Assembly: GCA_963768655.1 (NCBI GenBank) | Contig: CAVYIM010000007.1 | Span: forward strand, 237,201-301,200 | Direction: 5' to 3' | Length of the DNA: 64,000 nucleotides | DNA from: an uncultured Chloroflexia bacterium | GTDB taxonomy: Bacteria; Chloroflexota; Limnocylindria; Limnocylindrales; CSP1-4 | Shown here: positions 57,672 through 64,000 of the stretch, piece after piece | Position numbering within the stretch: position 1 is the stretch's first letter | How the letters are laid out: every line of letters begins with the position of its first letter | Program-made: the position numbers and the translations under genes | The notes under the pieces: model-generated | The model's input: only the letters and a program-made list of their open reading frames with translations | Told to the model about the DNA's origin: nothing | The model's database searches: none

Positions 57672-58934
57672 CTACATCTTCATCGCTCGGAGGACCCGGC
57701 GCAAAGCGACATCCAGCGGATCCTCGTTGGTCTGCAGTTCGATCGCCTGGTAGGCGAGACCGAGCGGCGTGACGTCCTGCTGGTCGACCAGCAGATGCGT
57801 GGCGTCCTTGATCCGCTCGACCTGGGCCGGGGCCATCACCTGGATCTCGGGCAGCCGGCTGAACGGCAGGCGCCTCCAGAACTCCTCGCTGCGCAATACC
57901 GCGGCGATCTCCGGCAGGTGCGAGCCGCCGCCGCACATGTAAACGCGACTCGGCAGCAGGTCGCCCTCGGCCAGCTCTTCGAGAACCAGCTCCACGCCGG
58001 CCGACCAGATCGCGACGTCGTCGGCCACCACGCGAGCCACGTCGGCACGGTGCTCCACCGGCCTGCCTTTCGCGTAGTCGACCTTGACTTCTTCCGCACG
58101 CGGGAAGGGCAGGTCCAGATGGTCCGCGATCGACTTCGTGAAGGCCCGGCCGCCGAGAGCGAACATGCGCGTACCCTCGATTCCGCCATGCCTGACGAGG
58201 GCAACGTCCGTCGTGCCGCCGCCGATGTCGATGAAGAGCGCCCCGGACTGCTGCACCTGCTCGCTGGCCAGCACGCGGGCTACCGCGTACGGCTCGGCCA
58301 CGACCTCGAGCAGCTCCAGGTCCAGTTGCTCGGCCACGCTCTGCAGGGCACCGAGGTGAACGAGCGGCGCGAAGGCGTTGAAGATGCTGATCTTGACGTT
58401 CCGGCCCTTGAAACCGACCGGGTTGGTGACCGGATAGCCGTCGATCTGGGCGCCGGTGACCGCGGCATGGACAAGCCGCACGTCCACCTGAGGCAGCCCT
58501 GTTTCCCACGTGATCGCCCGCTCGGCCTCGCGCAGGGCGTCATGCTGGACGCCGTCGATCAGCTTATGCAGCTCGATGTCTGTTATCGGGGCGTCGGGCC
58601 GCTTGCGTTCGTGGGATCGGATCGTGGTGAAGCCTTTGACCAGCTCGCCGGCGATCCCGATGACGCACTGCGTCGGCCGGAAGCCGGCCATCTCTTCGGC
58701 TTCCTGGAGCGCGATGGAGCAGTTGTCGACGACCGCGTTGATGTCCGTCACCGTGCCGGACTGCATGTGAGCGAGGCCCTGGCGCTTGCGGCCGACGCCC
58801 CGCACGGTGCCGAGCCCGGTCTCGTCGATGTCGAAGACGAGCGCCTTTGCGAACTCGGTGCCGATGTCCAGCGCCGTGCAGGCAGCCAGCGCCGACTGCT
58901 CCTCGCGGCCCCAGATTCTGCGCCAGAACGCCAC
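57672..58934 (-). CDS. FtsA/PilM-like actin-fold ATPase (not beside ftsZ)
   Basis: ALDIGTE, AEPYA, FIDIGGGTTD, GGRAFT, AEEVK and CGGGS motifs; AGGGGAG RBS. Confidence 0.85.
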   Translation of the reverse strand: MAFWRRIWGREEQSALAACTALDIGTEFAKALVFDIDETGLGTVRGVGRKRQGLAHMQSGTVTDINAVVDNCSIALQEAEEMAGFRPTQCVIGIAGELVKGFTTIRSHERKRPDAPITDIELHKLIDGVQHDALREAERAITWETGLPQVDVRLVHAAVTGAQIDGYPVTNPVGFKGRNVKISIFNAFAPLVHLGALQSVAEQLDLELLEVVAEPYAVARVLASEQVQQSGALFIDIGGGTTDVALVRHGGIEGTRMFALGGRAFTKSIADHLDLPFPRAEEVKVDYAKGRPVEHRADVARVVADDVAIWSAGVELVLEELAEGDLLPSRVYMCGGGSHLPEIAAVLRSEEFWRRLPFSRLPEIQVMAPAQVERIKDATHLLVDQQDVTPLGLAYQAIELQTNEDPLDVALRRVLRAMKM

Positions 58935-58951
58935 GGCCGCTCCCCTAGCCT

Positions 58952-61681
<2,730 letters not shown>

Positions 61682-61779
61682 CGCTGATAACGGTACCAAA
61701 CCGCGCGAGCGCCCGGCGCGACCGGGTCAGCTGGGCCACGAACCGGACGTCACGGCAATCCAACCAGGGGGCAAGCGCT

Positions 61780-61960
61780 TCAATCGAGCTTCCGGCGCCT
61801 GCTCCAGATGGTCGAACCGGCGATGGCCGCACCGACCAGGGTTCCCAGAGCCACGCCCCGCGCGAACGCGATCAGCCGTGGATCGCCTGAAATCCCGTCC
61901 GGCACGGCGGCGGACCACGCGGCGGCGAACCAGGAACCAGACCAGCGACCAAGAAATCAA
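61780..61960 (-). CDS. Possible small membrane protein (start uncertain, probable indel)
   Basis: ...DPRLIAFARGVALGTLVGAAIAGSTIWSRRRKLD*; GAGGAG RBS before TTG at 61960. Confidence 0.35.
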
Positions 61961-62244
61961 TCCGGCTCCTCGGGGGAAGGCGCCGGTCCGAGCACGCTTA
62001 TCACAGAAACGAAGGCGATGCCTACCCAGGCCACGACGGAAGCCGAGACGACGTGGAAGTCGCCCACGTGCAGCGGATCGACGCCGAGGCGTCCTCCCAC
62101 TGCATCGCCCGCCCACGCCCCCAGGATGGCGGCACATGCGACGAGCACGGTCCGCCCGCCGGCCCGGCCTCGCAGGAACACGAACAGACCGGTGTGAAAC
62201 AGGCCGACCAGGACGGCCAGCACCGGAGCAGTACGGAGAGCCAC
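61957..62244 (-). CDS. Small multi-pass membrane protein
   Basis: GAGGAG RBS before GTG; three hydrophobic segments; -10 TATACT at 62290-62295. Confidence 0.7.
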   Translation of the reverse strand: MALRTAPVLAVLVGLFHTGLFVFLRGRAGGRTVLVACAAILGAWAGDAVGGRLGVDPLHVGDFHVVSASVVAWVGIAFVSVISVLGPAPSPEEPD

Positions 62245-62321
62245 TCAACTCCTCATTGGGGGATGCCGCTTTCCGGCGACTTCGGCGTGAGTATAGGAGC
62301 CCGTTACCCACCACCAGGCTG

Positions 62322-63427
62322 TCAGGCGACGGCCAATCCCCGCCCGAGCTATCCGCCCGCCCCCGACGACCATGTCTGCGCGGTACAGGACCGCGGCTTG
62401 ACCCGGCGCAGCCGCCGAGACGGGGTCGTCGGTCTCGACGGTCCAGCGACCGTCCCGCGCCGGCGACACGGTCGCGCCGGCCACGCGGCCTCGGTAGCGA
62501 ACCTGGGCTTCCGCGTCGGAAGGCTGCGGCCCCGGCCGGCGGCTCGCCGGCGACGAAGCGCATCTAGCTTGACCTCGAACCGTCTCGTTTCGAGATCCGC
62601 CCGGCGGCCCAGGCGGACGATGTTCGCGACGGCGTCGATCTTCCACACATAGCGCGGTTCGCCAAGCGCCACGCCGATCCCCTGACGCTGCCCGATGGTG
62701 TACGACGCGGCCCCGAAATGCTCGCCGACCTCACGGCCGTCGACGTCGACGACCGGGCCCGGCTCGGCTTTCCAGCCAGCCCGCTCGCGCAGGACGTCGC
62801 GGTAGTCGCCCCGCGGCACGAAGCAGATCTCCTGGCTGTCGCGCTTCTCGGCCGTGACCAGCCCCAGCGAGCGCGCCAGCTCGCGAACCTGCGGTTTGGT
62901 CATGTCGCCGAGCGGAAGACGCGTGTGCGCCAGCTCCTCCTGGCCGAGACCGTAGAGGAAGTAGCTCTGGTCCTTGTTCGGGTCCCGGCCGCGCAGCAGC
63001 TCAAATCCCGCTCCCGGGCCGCGCGGGGCTGCGACGCGGGCATAGTGGCCGGTTGCGACCGCATCGCACTGGTACATGAACCGGGCGCGGCCCAGCAGCG
63101 CCCCGAACTTGACGACGCTGTTGCAGTCGACGCAGGGGCTGGGCGTGCGGCCCTCCAGATAGGCTCGCAGGAACGGCTGCAGCACGCCCGCGTCGAATTC
63201 GGGCTGCAATTCATGACGTAGAAGGGAATCTGGAGCTCGGCCGCGACACGGCGCGCATCTTCGGCCGCGTCGAGCGAGCAACAGCTCCTCTTGAATTCAG
63301 ACTGAGTGTCGGCGACATCGTGGAGTCGCATCCACACGCCGATGGCCTCGTCGCCCGCGGCGCGCACAAGCGCCGCCGCCACGGACGAGTCCACGCCGCC
63401 GGACATCGCGACGAGGACGCGCGTCAC
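62322..63427 (-). CDS. mnmA: tRNA-specific 2-thiouridylase (multiple apparent indels; 3' end approximate)
   Basis: [46 protein letters not shown]. Confidence 0.93.
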
Positions 63428-64000
63428 CCGGCCGTCGCCTCCGCTGCAGCGGCCCCGGCCTCGTGGCCGGGCGTGGCCGGGCGGCCGATCGCCGCCATCT
63501 TTCCGGCTGCATCGCGCTGGGTCTCGATCGCCTGAGCAATCCAATGCCCGGCCTGCTCGATCTCGGCCGCCGTTGTCGTTCGCCCGAGCGAGAGCCGGAG
63601 AGCGCTCTTCGCCTCGTCCTCCGGATATCCCATGGCCGTCAGAACGTGGCTGACTTCGCTCGAGCCGGTCACGCACGCCGAGCCGGTCGAACAGGCCAGG
63701 CCGGCCAGATCGAGCGCCATCACCGGCGAGGCGCCGTCGAGCCCACCGATCACGACCGACACGCTGTTGGCCAGCCGTTCGACCGGGTGCCCGGTCTCCA
63801 GCACGCCTTCGATGCCGAGCAGCAGGCCCGCCAGGGCGTCCCGCAGCACGCCCAGCTGCGACTCTATCGCCGGCCGCTCCGCAGTGGCCAGCTCGAGCGC
63901 GACGGCCATCCCGACGGCCCCGGCCACGTCCTCGGTCCCGGCGCGGCAATAGCGCTCCTGTGCGCCGCCCTGCTGTTGGGCCAGGATGTTCGTGCCGTGG
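63424..64000 (-). CDS. Cysteine desulfurase (IscS/NifS type), 3' part
   Basis: [32 protein letters not shown]; stop overlaps mnmA start. Confidence 0.92.
   Translation of the reverse strand, partial: HGTNILAQQQGGAQERYCRAGTEDVAGAVGMAVALELATAERPAIESQLGVLRDALAGLLLGIEGVLETGHPVERLANSVSVVIGGLDGASPVMALDLAGLACSTGSACVTGSSEVSHVLTAMGYPEDEAKSALRLSLGRTTTAAEIEQAGHWIAQAIETQRDAAGKMAAIGRPATPGHEAGAAAAEATAG

Noticed and set aside
55759-58509. 916-aa ORF suggesting an FtsA-baseplate fusion
   Set aside because: Its N-terminal part is an alternative frame of the ATPase gene; the real start is 57667 with one indel.
61700-61960. T-box upstream of alaS
   Set aside because: No GGTGGNACC consensus; the region looks coding and alaS appears leaderless.

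Overview
High-GC (roughly 70%, by eye) bacterial chromosomal window, almost all coding on the minus strand. Gene content and order suggest Chloroflexota, possibly Limnocylindria (inference only). The backbone is housekeeping: pheT-pheS with a Phe T-box, rplT-rpmI-infC (ATC start), thrS with a Thr T-box, tRNA-Val(GAC), tRNA-Arg(CCT), tRNA-Pro(GGG), dcd-nrdR, moaC, der-ispH-plsC-cmk-rluB-scpBA, xerD-recN-nadK-tlyA-dxs-xseBA-efp-M24 peptidase, and alaS-mnmA-cysteine desulfurase. Best candidates for under-described systems: (1) a coupled operon of an FtsA/PilM-like actin ATPase with no ftsZ nearby, a single-pass membrane protein with a phage baseplate-J-like exterior domain, RuvX and MltG (53.8-58.9 kb); (2) a secreted three-gene module of a minimal caspase/gingipain-fold protease, a stand-alone FTP/PepSY-like protein and a beta-propeller lipoprotein, behind a heptamer-repeat promoter (7.3-10.4 kb); (3) a duplicated, decayed tRNA-Val 5' half with its promoter bracketing a lower-GC membrane gene. 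Also present: an MgdA-like GT2 with an MFS, an orphan OppA plus gluzincin led by a hidden leaderless 52-aa ORF, a GAF-GGDEF cyclase, a Ni-type ECF transporter with a divergent Fur-family regulator, an orphan Flp pilin and several leaderless starts. Single-base indels (recN, baseplate gene, alaS, mnmA, the 9.4-10.2 kb protease) look like sequencing or assembly errors. All family calls come from motif recognition by eye; no searches were run.
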